Source of the DNA: an uncultured virus (IMG/VR IMGVR_UViG_3300007552_000001)
Lineage: Duplodnaviria > Heunggongvirae > Uroviricota > Caudoviricetes
Reading direction: 5' to 3' (one strand)
Length of the DNA: 64,000 bases
Virus record (IMG/VR): IMGVR_UViG_3300007552_000001
The translations under genes and the position numbers were made by a program. Below, piece by piece: positions 9,299 to 19,004 of the stretch (positions are counted from its first letter, which is position 1; each line of letters starts with the position of its first letter). Below the pieces are notes generated by a model. The model worked only from the letters and a program-made list of their open reading frames with translations, had not been told where the DNA came from and ran no database searches.

Positions 9299-10518
9299 AA
9301 ATAGCATTAGTATTAGCAAAAGGAGTTGAAGGTTGTGGACTCACAAGACACACGATCGAATTTTATAATTGGCTTATAAAAGAAGGCCATGATGCCACGA
9401 TTTATGCAGCAGTAGAAAAGAAATGGCCTCGCCATAAAACTACAGATATTGTATGTACTGAATTTAAAAGAAAGGATATTCCTAATATTGCTAAAGAACT
9501 TGAAAAGAGCGATGTAGTATATTACACATCATATCCACATAAATCAGTAGGAGATGAATTCAACGAAGACTTTATTGAACATTGTATTTATGGTTTAGAA
9601 AATCCTATTAAAATAGGAAACTGCCTAGATCATAACACTGCAAACTTAGCAAAGAATTATAAGTATTGGGAAATCATGAAATCAATGGACGCTATGTTCA
9701 ACTATTCTGCAAGATCTAATTTTGCAAATAAATTAAGAGAACATGCACCTGATACTCCATTAATTGAAATGAATCTTAATCCTTATGACTATGATGCATG
9801 GTCTAATATCGTGGTTCCAGTCGAAGAACAAGAAAGAAGAACTACATACTTCGGAAGATTTGCTGGATTTAAAGATCCTTTTAGAATGTTCGATATTATG
9901 GAACTATTGAAAGGTAATAATTTCGTAACAGAATGTAGAGGAGTTGAAAGATCTATTGGAGCTCTTCCTATGTTTTTACAAGAAGATAGAAAAACTCTAA
10001 GAGAAGATATCTTTGAAGTTCATGAAATTAAAAACCCTGTTACATATCCACAGGTTGAAGACAGGATGTATATGTATGGGCCTTATAATTTAGCAGAAGG
10101 AATGGCTGAACTTGGAAAGTCAATGTTTGGTGCAGAATTCTTTAATTTACCAGAAAGACTTTATGGTTCAATGATTGAATACGCAATGTGTGAAGTTATT
10201 GCAGCGGGAACTATACCGTTATTTGACAAACACTGGGGAACTCACGTTATTCACAGAACAGAAGGAGTTCCTTTCATAGAACTTGAAGATTTTGCAATCT
10301 TCGTAGACAAAGAAGATATTGCAGCTTCTATTCCACAGATTTTAGAATTAGCAAACAATAACGAGAGAAGAGAAGAGTTTAGAAAAAACTCTTTAAGATT
10401 AGCTAAATTACACAACGCACCAGAAGTTGTTAACAATGATCTCTTTGAAGCTATTAACAATGTTAATAAAAGATCAGTAGAAAAACCAGTAGAATTAAAA
10501 ACAGATTCATTATTTTAA
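9295..10518 (+). CDS. agt: DNA alpha-glucosyltransferase-like GT-B glycosyltransferase
   Basis: N-term LAKGVEGCGLTRHTIEFYNWLIKEGHDA closely parallels T4 Agt (ARGLEGCGVTK...WFIKNGHEV); FGR...FK and EY...E..AAGTIP motifs. Confidence 0.8.
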   Translation: MKIALVLAKGVEGCGLTRHTIEFYNWLIKEGHDATIYAAVEKKWPRHKTTDIVCTEFKRKDIPNIAKELEKSDVVYYTSYPHKSVGDEFNEDFIEHCIYGLENPIKIGNCLDHNTANLAKNYKYWEIMKSMDAMFNYSARSNFANKLREHAPDTPLIEMNLNPYDYDAWSNIVVPVEEQERRTTYFGRFAGFKDPFRMFDIMELLKGNNFVTECRGVERSIGALPMFLQEDRKTLREDIFEVHEIKNPVTYPQVEDRMYMYGPYNLAEGMAELGKSMFGAEFFNLPERLYGSMIEYAMCEVIAAGTIPLFDKHWGTHVIHRTEGVPFIELEDFAIFVDKEDIAASIPQILELANNNERREEFRKNSLRLAKLHNAPEVVNNDLFEAINNVNKRSVEKPVELKTDSLF

Positions 10519-10525
10519 GTAGAAT
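10499..10525 (+). promoter_or_regulatory. Putative middle promoter AAAC-N16-GTAGAAT
   Basis: Motif match. Confidence 0.65.
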
Positions 10526-10554
10526 AATAAGTAACATTAAAAAGTAGCGAAAAA

Positions 10555-11022
10555 ATGGCAAACATTGACAACGAATGTAAAGATCTAGAAGTAAAAGATT
10601 TTTACGACCAATCAACAACACACTTGGCAGATATCATGGAAAACCAAAAGAAGATGCAAGAGCAGACCTATGGTTTTAACTTTGATGATATGACAATCCG
10701 AGAAATTATGGATTTCTGGCACTGTAACACACATGCAGTAGTTGACGAAATTCATGAAATGACAGATGCTCTAGGTGGTATTAAAGACGGAAGCGGTAAT
10801 GCAGTATGGAAATACTGGAAAAAAGACTTCACTAAATATGATAAGTTAAAAATTTCTGACATGTCCGAAGGCGACAAAAAAGAATTGTATATGGAATGGG
10901 TAGACATTCTACACTTCTTTATTAATTACGCCGCTTCAATTGGGCTAGATGCTAAAACAGCATACAACTACTACTTCGCAAAAGCAGAAGAGAATGTTAA
11001 CCGTCAGAAAAATAACTATTAA
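10555..11022 (+). CDS. gp56: dCTPase/dUTPase, T4 gp56-like
   Basis: DEIHE...LGG...AVWKYWKK, EWVDILHF, K..EN..RQ. Confidence 0.8.
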   Translation: MANIDNECKDLEVKDFYDQSTTHLADIMENQKKMQEQTYGFNFDDMTIREIMDFWHCNTHAVVDEIHEMTDALGGIKDGSGNAVWKYWKKDFTKYDKLKISDMSEGDKKELYMEWVDILHFFINYAASIGLDAKTAYNYYFAKAEENVNRQKNNY

Positions 11023-12419
11023 TGATATTAGATATTGAACAGAGAGACAGGGATGTTATCATCTCTTACTACGACACCGAAGGTAAAGTAGCATTTAAAC
11101 AATATCCAATTTCACAGTATCAGAACTGGTATGTATGTAATGATAATGATAAAGGCAGAAGTCTAGATCATAAAAACTGGGATGGCAGATCGGTCAAACT
11201 AGGAAGTGCAAGAAGATATAATAAGTTTTCTTTAACTTATTTCTTAGATTCATTACCTGCAAAGGATAAAGAAGAAATCTTTGCATACAATATGCCTAAA
11301 ACATACTTCGTCGATATTGAAACTGAAATCGTAGATGGCTTTCCAAAAGCCGAAGAAGCTAAAAGTAGAATCCTATCATTTTCCATAATTACACCAGAGC
11401 ACAAAGCTATTGTATTGGGATTAGAAGATATGGATTCTAAAAGCATTCAAAAAATTGAAGACGATACTAATAAGTATTTCAAAGATTTTGATCAGGATTG
11501 GGAATTCAAATATCAGAAATTCGAGTCAGAATATGACATGGTCTATACGTTCTTAATGAAGTTCCTACCTAAGTTTCCAATGATGACAGGCTGGAACTTT
11601 ATTAATTATGATTGGCAGTATATTGTAAACAGATGTAAAAGATTACAAATTGATATTGCTGAAGTTTCTATGACACAATCTTTGGATAGAAATGATAGCA
11701 GACCTTTACATATTGGAATCTTAGATTACATGCAATTATATGATAAGTATGATAGAAGTGTAAAGGTAAAAGAATCCAATGCACTTGATTATGTATCAGG
11801 TCAAGTTCTTAACGTTAATAAGATTAAATTTACAGGATCTCTACAGGATTTATATAGAGATGATTTTGTAAAATACATTTACTACAATGTAGTCGATTCC
11901 GTATTGGTTTATTATATAGATCAGAAGTTGAAATCGATGGAAGTTCTTTTAACCTTAGCAAACATTACAAAGATGCCTCTATATAAAGCAGCATCGCCAG
12001 TGGCAGTTACAGAATCCCTGATTGCACGAAAACTATCAGAAGAAGGTAAACGAATTGGATCTGAAAAGAAGGAAGACAGTGAAAAGAATGCACAATATGC
12101 AGGTGCTTATGTAAAAGAACCCATCACAGGATATTATGCAGGTGTAAGTGCATTTGACTTTGCATCACTATATCCTTCTATAATGAGACAATTTAATATT
12201 TCACCTGACGCCTTTGTTGAAAAGGTAGCAAAGCATGAAGTCGCTGAGCGAAGAAAGGATAAAGAAGTAATCGTTTGTGAAAACGGAGTAGTATATAAAC
12301 AAGAGACTTCAATGTTAAAGAAAATTCTAGGAGATTTATATGATCAGCGTAAAGATTATAAACAAACCTCATACGAATATTTCACTAAAGCCGACAGACT
12401 TAAAAAAAGATTAAGATAA
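11022..12419 (+). CDS. gp43A: Family B DNA polymerase, N-terminal subunit (exonuclease + motif A)
   Basis: DIETE, GWN..YD, YNVVD exonuclease motifs; GAYV and DFASLYPS; ends in the fingers (RKDYK); no motif B/C. Confidence 0.9.
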   Translation: MILDIEQRDRDVIISYYDTEGKVAFKQYPISQYQNWYVCNDNDKGRSLDHKNWDGRSVKLGSARRYNKFSLTYFLDSLPAKDKEEIFAYNMPKTYFVDIETEIVDGFPKAEEAKSRILSFSIITPEHKAIVLGLEDMDSKSIQKIEDDTNKYFKDFDQDWEFKYQKFESEYDMVYTFLMKFLPKFPMMTGWNFINYDWQYIVNRCKRLQIDIAEVSMTQSLDRNDSRPLHIGILDYMQLYDKYDRSVKVKESNALDYVSGQVLNVNKIKFTGSLQDLYRDDFVKYIYYNVVDSVLVYYIDQKLKSMEVLLTLANITKMPLYKAASPVAVTESLIARKLSEEGKRIGSEKKEDSEKNAQYAGAYVKEPITGYYAGVSAFDFASLYPSIMRQFNISPDAFVEKVAKHEVAERRKDKEVIVCENGVVYKQETSMLKKILGDLYDQRKDYKQTSYEYFTKADRLKKRLR

Positions 12420-12455
12420 TCTTTTTGTCTCGAGAGGCAGTCCATTATTCTACAT

Positions 12456-12465
12456 GAATATATAG
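12456..12465 (+). promoter_or_regulatory. Late-type motif (GAATATATAG) upstream of nrdB
   Basis: Matches RATATATA; hairpin AGACCAA...TTGGTCT follows at 12476-12500. Confidence 0.45.
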
Positions 12466-12547
12466 ACTACTAACGAGACCAATCTGTTACCAGTTGGTCT
12501 TTTGTAGACTTTAGGAACTAGTTAAAAAATTTAAGAAAACATAATTT

Positions 12548-13555
12548 ATGAAACCATCAATATTTAAAGAAAGAATAGAATACAAACCATTTGAATACCC
12601 AGTATATTATACTGAAGGATGGTTAAAACAAGCACAAGCGTTTTGGTTACATACCGAAATTTCAATGCAAGGCGATGTCAAGGATTGGAATGAAACACTT
12701 ACAGATTCTGAAAAGAATTTAGTTGGAAATATTCTTTTGGGGTTTGCACAAACTGAATGTGCAGTTTCAGATTATTGGACAGGGATGGTTACTGATTGGT
12801 TTCCTAAATGGGAAATCAAACACATGGCAATGTTGTTTGGTTCTCAAGAAACTATTCATGCAACCGCTTACTCTTATTTAAATGAAACATTAGGCCTTGA
12901 AGATTTTGAAGCATTCTTACATGAACCAACAACAGCAGAAAGATTCGATTATTTAATGAATACAGAAGCAGAATATACTCATGAAGACCTTTTGAAAAAT
13001 CCAACAGCTAGGAAGGATGTTGCTAGATCTTTAGCAATATTCAGTGCATTTGGAGAAGGAGTTGCATTATACTCTTCCTTCGCCGTTCTTTATTCTTTTC
13101 AAATGAGAAATAAACTTAAGGGAATCGGACAACAAATGAAGTGGTCAGTTAGGGATGAATCTCTTCATTCAAAAATGGGTTGTCAATTATTTAACCACAT
13201 GTGCGAAGAATATACTGATCTTAGAGATTCAGTTCAATCTCAAGTAGAAGAAGCAGCTAAGTTAATGGTTGAAATGGAAATGAAGTTTATTGATAAGATG
13301 TTTGAAATGGGAGATTTAGAAAATCTTAAGAAAGAAGATCTTAAAGAATTTATTAAGAAAAGAGCTAATGAAAAATTAGCAGAAATAGGATATCAATCTA
13401 TCTTCAAATACAATGAAGAAAGTGCTTCAGAATTAGATTGGTTCTATCACTTAACAGGTGGACATACACATACGGATTTCTTTGCAGTAAGACCTACTGA
13501 TTATTCTAAAGCAGGCGAAGATGAAAACTGGGATGAAGACGATTTGTTTTCATAA
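12548..13555 (+). CDS. nrdB: Ribonucleotide reductase class Ia beta subunit
   Basis: FW...E...D..DW, E.IH..AY, EG..L.SSF, RDESLH, DFF. Confidence 0.95.
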   Translation: MKPSIFKERIEYKPFEYPVYYTEGWLKQAQAFWLHTEISMQGDVKDWNETLTDSEKNLVGNILLGFAQTECAVSDYWTGMVTDWFPKWEIKHMAMLFGSQETIHATAYSYLNETLGLEDFEAFLHEPTTAERFDYLMNTEAEYTHEDLLKNPTARKDVARSLAIFSAFGEGVALYSSFAVLYSFQMRNKLKGIGQQMKWSVRDESLHSKMGCQLFNHMCEEYTDLRDSVQSQVEEAAKLMVEMEMKFIDKMFEMGDLENLKKEDLKEFIKKRANEKLAEIGYQSIFKYNEESASELDWFYHLTGGHTHTDFFAVRPTDYSKAGEDENWDEDDLFS

Positions 13556-13583
13556 CAAATCAATAATTCTAATATAAAAATAT

Positions 13584-15434
13584 ATGATGATAAGAAATTA
13601 CAACGACGCACCAAACCCCGAATACAATGAAAAGGGAAAAGAAAGAAACTTCGGAGAATCTGAAGGATGGAAATTAGGAGTAGACTTCCCTGTATGGGCT
13701 AATACTGAAGTTTATGTAAAAACCGTTTCTAAGGGATATTTACTAGAAGGAGAAACTCCAAAGGATGCATACTGGAGAGTATCGACAACAGTTGCACAAA
13801 GATTAAGAAAGCCAGAATTGGCAAGTAAATTCTTTGATTATATGTGGAAAGGATGGTTAAATCTTGCAACTCCAGTTTTTTCAAACACAGGTTCAGAAAG
13901 AGGTCTTCCAATTTCATGTTTCGGTATAGATGTAGCAGATTCAATTCACGATATAGGTTCAAAGAATTTAGAATTAATGTTACTTGCTAAACATGGAGGC
14001 GGTGTTGGTATCGGAGTAAATCAAATAAGACCAGCAGGAGCAACTATTACAGGAAACGGAACTTCAGACGGAGTAGTTCCATTTATAAAAATTTATGATT
14101 CTACTATTTTAGCAACTAATCAAGGTTCAGTAAGAAGAGGTGCAGCGTCAGTCAATATAGATATAGAACATGATGATTTCTGGGAATGGTTAGAGGTTAG
14201 AGAACCTAAAGGTGATGTAAATAGACAATGTTTAAACGTACATCAATGTATCGTAGTATCTGACGGGTTTATGCAAAAGATCGAGGCTGGAGATAAAGAA
14301 GCTCGTAAAAGATGGGCCGCTGTGATTAGAAAAAGAAGAGCAACGGGAGAACCTTATATAATGTTTAAGGGTAATATCAATAGAATGAATCCGGATGCGT
14401 ATAAGCAAAATGGTTTAAAGGTTTATATGACTAACATCTGTTCTGAGATTACTTTACACACTGATGAAAATCATTCATTTGTATGTTGTTTATCTTCTGT
14501 GAATCTTAAAAGATATGAAGAATGGAAAGATACTGATTTAATCTATACTGCAACTTACTTTTTAGATGGAGTTCTTCAGGAGTTTATTCATAGAGCGAAA
14601 TATATGAGAGGCTTTGAAAATGCAGTAAGATCCGCTGAAAAGGGTAGAGCATTAGGTTTAGGAGTTCTCGGATGGCATACTTATTTACAAGATAGAAATA
14701 TTCCATTCGATTCTTTGACAGCTCAATTTGAAACCAGAAAGATATTTTCTCAAATCAAAGTAGAAAGTGAAAGAGCAAGTAGAGATTTAGCTACAGAATT
14801 TGGAGAACCTCTTTGGTGTGTAGGAACTGGAATGAGAAACACACACTTAAGAGCAATTGCTCCTACTGTTTCTAATTCTAAATTAGCAGGAAATGTTTCA
14901 CCAGGTATTGAACCATGGGCAGCAAACGTATTTACTGAACAAACTGCAAAAGGAACTTTTATTAGAAAGAACCCTGCACTTGAAAATATGTTAACTAAGA
15001 TCAAGCAAAATAAGAAAACAGTATGGGACAAAATACTAGAAGACGGTGGTTCAGTTCAAGGCGTTGATGTATTAGGAGAATATTGGGTAAAGGAAGGAAG
15101 CAGCGATGCTCCGATTAAGCAAGTTGCTTATGACAAATTGGCAGATCATGAAAGGGATCTTTATATTTCTGTTAAAGATGTATTTAGAACCTTTAAAGAA
15201 ATTAATCAAATGGAATTAGTTAAACAAGCTGGTGTAAGACAACAATATATTGATCAAGCAGTTTCATTAAATTTAGCTTTTCCTACACAGGCTGAACCTA
15301 AATATATTAATCAAGTTCATTTAGAAGCTTATAAGCAGGGAATAAAAACTCTTTATTACATGAGAACAGAATCTGTATTAAGAGGAGACATCGCACAGCG
15401 AGCAATGGAAGATTGTTTAGCATGTGATGGATAA
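13584..15434 (+). CDS. nrdA: Ribonucleotide reductase class Ia alpha subunit (no evident ATP cone)
   Basis: ATPV, SCF, GGGVG, TNICSEI, CCLSS, APTVSNS, KTLYY, C-term CLACDG. Confidence 0.95.
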   Translation: MMIRNYNDAPNPEYNEKGKERNFGESEGWKLGVDFPVWANTEVYVKTVSKGYLLEGETPKDAYWRVSTTVAQRLRKPELASKFFDYMWKGWLNLATPVFSNTGSERGLPISCFGIDVADSIHDIGSKNLELMLLAKHGGGVGIGVNQIRPAGATITGNGTSDGVVPFIKIYDSTILATNQGSVRRGAASVNIDIEHDDFWEWLEVREPKGDVNRQCLNVHQCIVVSDGFMQKIEAGDKEARKRWAAVIRKRRATGEPYIMFKGNINRMNPDAYKQNGLKVYMTNICSEITLHTDENHSFVCCLSSVNLKRYEEWKDTDLIYTATYFLDGVLQEFIHRAKYMRGFENAVRSAEKGRALGLGVLGWHTYLQDRNIPFDSLTAQFETRKIFSQIKVESERASRDLATEFGEPLWCVGTGMRNTHLRAIAPTVSNSKLAGNVSPGIEPWAANVFTEQTAKGTFIRKNPALENMLTKIKQNKKTVWDKILEDGGSVQGVDVLGEYWVKEGSSDAPIKQVAYDKLADHERDLYISVKDVFRTFKEINQMELVKQAGVRQQYIDQAVSLNLAFPTQAEPKYINQVHLEAYKQGIKTLYYMRTESVLRGDIAQRAMEDCLACDG

Positions 15435-15484
15435 GATTAGTTGTGGTTAAGTCCACTTCTTAGGACCGAGATAGTTCTCGGATC

Positions 15485-15523
15485 GAGGCCAGGAGTTCGC
15501 TACTTCCTGGCCTCACTTTTTTT
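15485..15523 (+). terminator. Intrinsic terminator
   Basis: GAGGCCAGGA-loop-TCCTGGCCTC followed by T run; second small hairpin CCGAGA/TCTCGG at 15466-15481. Confidence 0.85.
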
Positions 15524-15527
15524 ACTG

Positions 15528-15554
15528 AAACTATTTGTGATTTTTGTGTAGAAT
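15528..15554 (+). promoter_or_regulatory. Putative middle promoter (TG)AAAC-N16-GTAGAAT
   Basis: Motif match. Confidence 0.7.
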
Positions 15555-15580
15555 AATAAACAAATAAAAATTATACATTC

Positions 15581-16336
15581 ATGAAAATTTCAATCAGTAA
15601 GGTCGATTCAAACAACTTCATCGGCTTCGTTAATAGACTTAAAGTAATTGATTCTTTTGTCTATTTTAAATTAAAAGACGGTGTCGTACAGGCATCCGCT
15701 TATTTACCACAAAGAGATGCTGTTAAGCATCACAGAATGCCGATTTCTCAAGTTTTTCAAATCGAAGATGGTGAAATCTCTACAGACAAAGAATTAAAGA
15801 TTGCATTCTTTGACGCTTCTAAAATAACAGATGCATTCAAACAATTTGACTATGATGCTATTTCAGCTGAAATCGAATTCGTTGAAAACGAAGAAGATTG
15901 TGTTGCAACTACATTCAAAATCTTTAATGATGAATTAGAAATTACACTTGCATGTTCAGAGCCATCTTTAGGTTATAAAGATCTAACTGATGCACAGATT
16001 CAAGGTATCTTTAACACCGAAGCTTCTACTTTTAAATTCGATTTAGATTACACTTCACTTGCAAAGGTAAGAAACCTATTCTCTTTAGATAAAGAAGAAA
16101 CGTTCTCAATTAATGCAAACGGAAATGGTGTAAAGCTTTTAGGAAAAACCTACAACATGTTAGTAACACCAGATTATGACGGTGAATCAGGAACTAACGT
16201 TACATTATTCAAAAAATATCTTAACCTTTTAGATAAAGAAGATTACACTGCACATGTATTAGATAATAGAGTAGTTCTTAGATCTAATGATTCAGAAACT
16301 TTGCTAACGATTGCAACTTGCCAAACAGCAGAGTAA
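15581..16336 (+). CDS. gp45: Sliding clamp (gp45/PCNA-like)
   Basis: 251 aa, acidic, alternating beta/alpha two-domain pattern, directly upstream of the polymerase subunit. Confidence 0.6.
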   Translation: MKISISKVDSNNFIGFVNRLKVIDSFVYFKLKDGVVQASAYLPQRDAVKHHRMPISQVFQIEDGEISTDKELKIAFFDASKITDAFKQFDYDAISAEIEFVENEEDCVATTFKIFNDELEITLACSEPSLGYKDLTDAQIQGIFNTEASTFKFDLDYTSLAKVRNLFSLDKEETFSINANGNGVKLLGKTYNMLVTPDYDGESGTNVTLFKKYLNLLDKEDYTAHVLDNRVVLRSNDSETLLTIATCQTAE

Positions 16337-16339
16337 TTT

Positions 16340-17539
16340 ATGGATATAAACACACTAATTAACAAGCCCGAAGACGACCTTACAAGGGATGAAATGCAAA
16401 TCTTGGCGGATCACTATCAGATGATGTCCGCCAAGTTTACTGCATACGAACAGGCCGTTAAAGTAACTCTTAACTCGATTTATGGTGCATTTGGTAATAA
16501 GTGGTTTCACTTTTTTAATATAGACATTGCAGAATCTATTACATTACAAGGACAGAATGCAATTCTATATTCTGAAAAGATTCTTAATAAATATTTTCAA
16601 GAGTTTTGGCCTAAAGATACTGTAGTCCACGAGCACTTTAATATTTCTATTAAGAATAAATTAGTAAGACCTTCCGTGGTTTATATTGATACAGATTCAT
16701 GTTACGTTCAGTTTGAAGAAATGTATGAATCTATTGAATGGCTAGGAGATAATAAACTACCAATTGATAAGTTTATTATGGAATTATATACGTTCAGAAT
16801 CAAAGACTATATTACGAAATGTATGGCAAAGTATGCAGAAGTTACGAATACGGACAACTTTTTATATTTCGATTTAGAAACAATTGCATATTCAGGAATA
16901 TGGTTAGCTAAAAAGAAATATTTACAAGACATTGCATGGGAAGATAAGCTCGAAGTAGACGATAGATACCCTTCTCTTAAGAAGATTAAGACGATCGGAT
17001 TTGATACTATTCAATCTTCTACTCCTACATTAGCAAGAAAGCATTTGACTGAAGCTCTTAAATTGATTTTATCTGAAAAGCCAACTGCAGAGATGTTAAG
17101 TAGATTAGTTTCTTTTTTGAAAACAGCAAAGAAAGAATTTAAGATGTCTAACGTTGATGAAATAGCTTTCAATAAAAGAACTAACAATATTGAAAAATAC
17201 ATTGTAGATGATACGATAGAATTTCAATATGGTTTAAAATGTCCTCCGAACGTTAAGGCAGCAGGATTCTATAACTTCTTGATGAATCAGAATCCAAAAT
17301 ATAAAAACAAGTATAAAATGATTGGTAATGGCGAAAAACTAAAACTATATCATTGTAAACACAATGTATGTGAAATGTATGCATATCAACCAGGTGCCCA
17401 TCCTTATGAAATTGCACCACAGGTAGATTATGAAACACAATTTGAAAAATCTGTAATAGATCCTATCAATAGAGTTTTATCCTCAGTAGGTCTTCAAAGA
17501 CTAAACAGGAACTTAATATATTCATCATCATTATTCTAA
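16340..17539 (+). CDS. gp43B: Family B DNA polymerase, C-terminal subunit
   Basis: KVTLNSIYG (motif B), ITLQG, YIDTDS (motif C), KKKY, SSTP; C-term SSLF. Confidence 0.92.
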   Translation: MDINTLINKPEDDLTRDEMQILADHYQMMSAKFTAYEQAVKVTLNSIYGAFGNKWFHFFNIDIAESITLQGQNAILYSEKILNKYFQEFWPKDTVVHEHFNISIKNKLVRPSVVYIDTDSCYVQFEEMYESIEWLGDNKLPIDKFIMELYTFRIKDYITKCMAKYAEVTNTDNFLYFDLETIAYSGIWLAKKKYLQDIAWEDKLEVDDRYPSLKKIKTIGFDTIQSSTPTLARKHLTEALKLILSEKPTAEMLSRLVSFLKTAKKEFKMSNVDEIAFNKRTNNIEKYIVDDTIEFQYGLKCPPNVKAAGFYNFLMNQNPKYKNKYKMIGNGEKLKLYHCKHNVCEMYAYQPGAHPYEIAPQVDYETQFEKSVIDPINRVLSSVGLQRLNRNLIYSSSLF

Positions 17540-17550
17540 AAATAAACAAA

Positions 17551-17736
17551 ATGGATTTTAAAAGTACAATAATAGAATTGGTTGAACAAACTCCTAATAA
17601 TTATGAATTAGGAGATAAGTTAAGAAAAATGGTTTGGCCGTTAATTTTCAAAGAAAAGCAAACTATACAAGACACTAATCAAATTAGTATCTTTGACGAA
17701 ATAGAAGAAAGAAAAAACAATGCTAGATCCAAATAA
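17551..17736 (+). CDS. Hypothetical protein (PNNYELG..LR motif; QISIF)
   Basis: Coupled ORF. Confidence 0.6.
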   Translation: MDFKSTIIELVEQTPNNYELGDKLRKMVWPLIFKEKQTIQDTNQISIFDEIEERKNNARSK

Positions 17737-17908
17737 TCTTACAGAAGAACAGAATGTATTTGTTGAAAAATACAAAACACTCTATAATAAGCTAGTTTCT
17801 CTTCAAGAAAAAATGGATTCTATGAAGAAAGAATCCGATGTTCTTATTAAAGAACTCGAAGCACTAAGAAAACAAGAAAAAAACATATTTAAAAATGGCA
17901 AAAAATAA
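17720..17908 (+). CDS. Small coiled-coil protein
   Basis: Heptad pattern; overlaps both neighbours. Confidence 0.6.
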   Translation: MLDPNNLTEEQNVFVEKYKTLYNKLVSLQEKMDSMKKESDVLIKELEALRKQEKNIFKNGKK

Positions 17909-19004
17909 AGACTTTACATTCGACGATTTAAATAAGCAATTAGCTGATTTAAATCCATTAGGATCTATCATGGAAACTTCAAACTTTTCAAAAGTAACAG
18001 ATTGGATTCACACAGGAAATTATCATTTGAACGCATGCGTATCAGGTTCATTATTTAAAGGATGGCCAAACAATAGATCATCATCTATCGCTGGTCCTTC
18101 AGGAACAGGTAAAACATTCTTAATGCTAAACACGGTTAGAGAAGCTATTGATAAAGGATATAGTGTAATTTATTATGATTCTGAAGCAGCCGTTGATAAG
18201 GAACAAATGGAAAAGTTTGGAATTGATACTTCCAAAGTAAATTACCAACCTACAAATACAGTTCAAGATTTTAGAACTTCTGTAACTACAATTACTAAGA
18301 AAATGCAAGATGCTAAAAGAGCAGGCGGTGAAGTTCCTAAAGTAATGATTATTTTAGATTCAGCCGGTAACTTAGCGACTGCGAAAGAAATAGCAGATGC
18401 AGCAAGCGGTTCTGACAAATCAGATATGACTAGATCTAAGGTTTTAAAATCTATCTTTAGAATTATAATGACTCCATTGGCAGATCTTAAAATACCTTTC
18501 TTATTTACAAACCACACATACCAATCTCAATCCTTTATTCCAATGCAAATCGCAGGTGGTGGAACAGGACCACAATATGCAGCATCAATTGTATTGATGT
18601 TAAACAAGGCTCAATTAAAGGACGGAGCTGAAAAAGTAGGTATCATAGTTACGGCTAAACCTGATAAAAATAGATTTGCAAAGCCACATCCTATTAAGTT
18701 TCACTTAAACTTTACAGAAGGTATGAATCCTTATGTTGGATTAGAACAGTATGCTACATGGGATATTTGTGGAATTACTAGAGGAAATATTGTAAAAGGA
18801 GAAAAGATTCCAAAGGCAACAGCAAGAACATGGATATGTAAACACCTAGATCATGTCGTTGCGAATAAAGATTTCTTTTCTGAAATGGTATTTACACAAA
18901 CCGTATTAGAGCAAATCGAATCGCACATTCAACCTCTGTTTAATTACAATACTGAAATTTCTGAAATTGACGTAGAAGAAATGTTAGAAGATAGTGAAGC
19001 ATAA
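17895..19004 (+). CDS. uvsX: RecA-like recombinase
   Basis: GPSGTGKT, YYDSE, ILDS.GNL, NHTY, GGG.GP.YAAS. Confidence 0.92.
   Translation: MAKNKDFTFDDLNKQLADLNPLGSIMETSNFSKVTDWIHTGNYHLNACVSGSLFKGWPNNRSSSIAGPSGTGKTFLMLNTVREAIDKGYSVIYYDSEAAVDKEQMEKFGIDTSKVNYQPTNTVQDFRTSVTTITKKMQDAKRAGGEVPKVMIILDSAGNLATAKEIADAASGSDKSDMTRSKVLKSIFRIIMTPLADLKIPFLFTNHTYQSQSFIPMQIAGGGTGPQYAASIVLMLNKAQLKDGAEKVGIIVTAKPDKNRFAKPHPIKFHLNFTEGMNPYVGLEQYATWDICGITRGNIVKGEKIPKATARTWICKHLDHVVANKDFFSEMVFTQTVLEQIESHIQPLFNYNTEISEIDVEEMLEDSEA

Noticed and set aside
12300..16460. Split intein or intron joining the polymerase halves
   Set aside because: No Cys/Ser-initiated N-intein after the first half and no His-Asn C-intein before motif B; the flanking gaps (128 nt and 3 nt) are too short for intron cores; the genes in between are ordinary.
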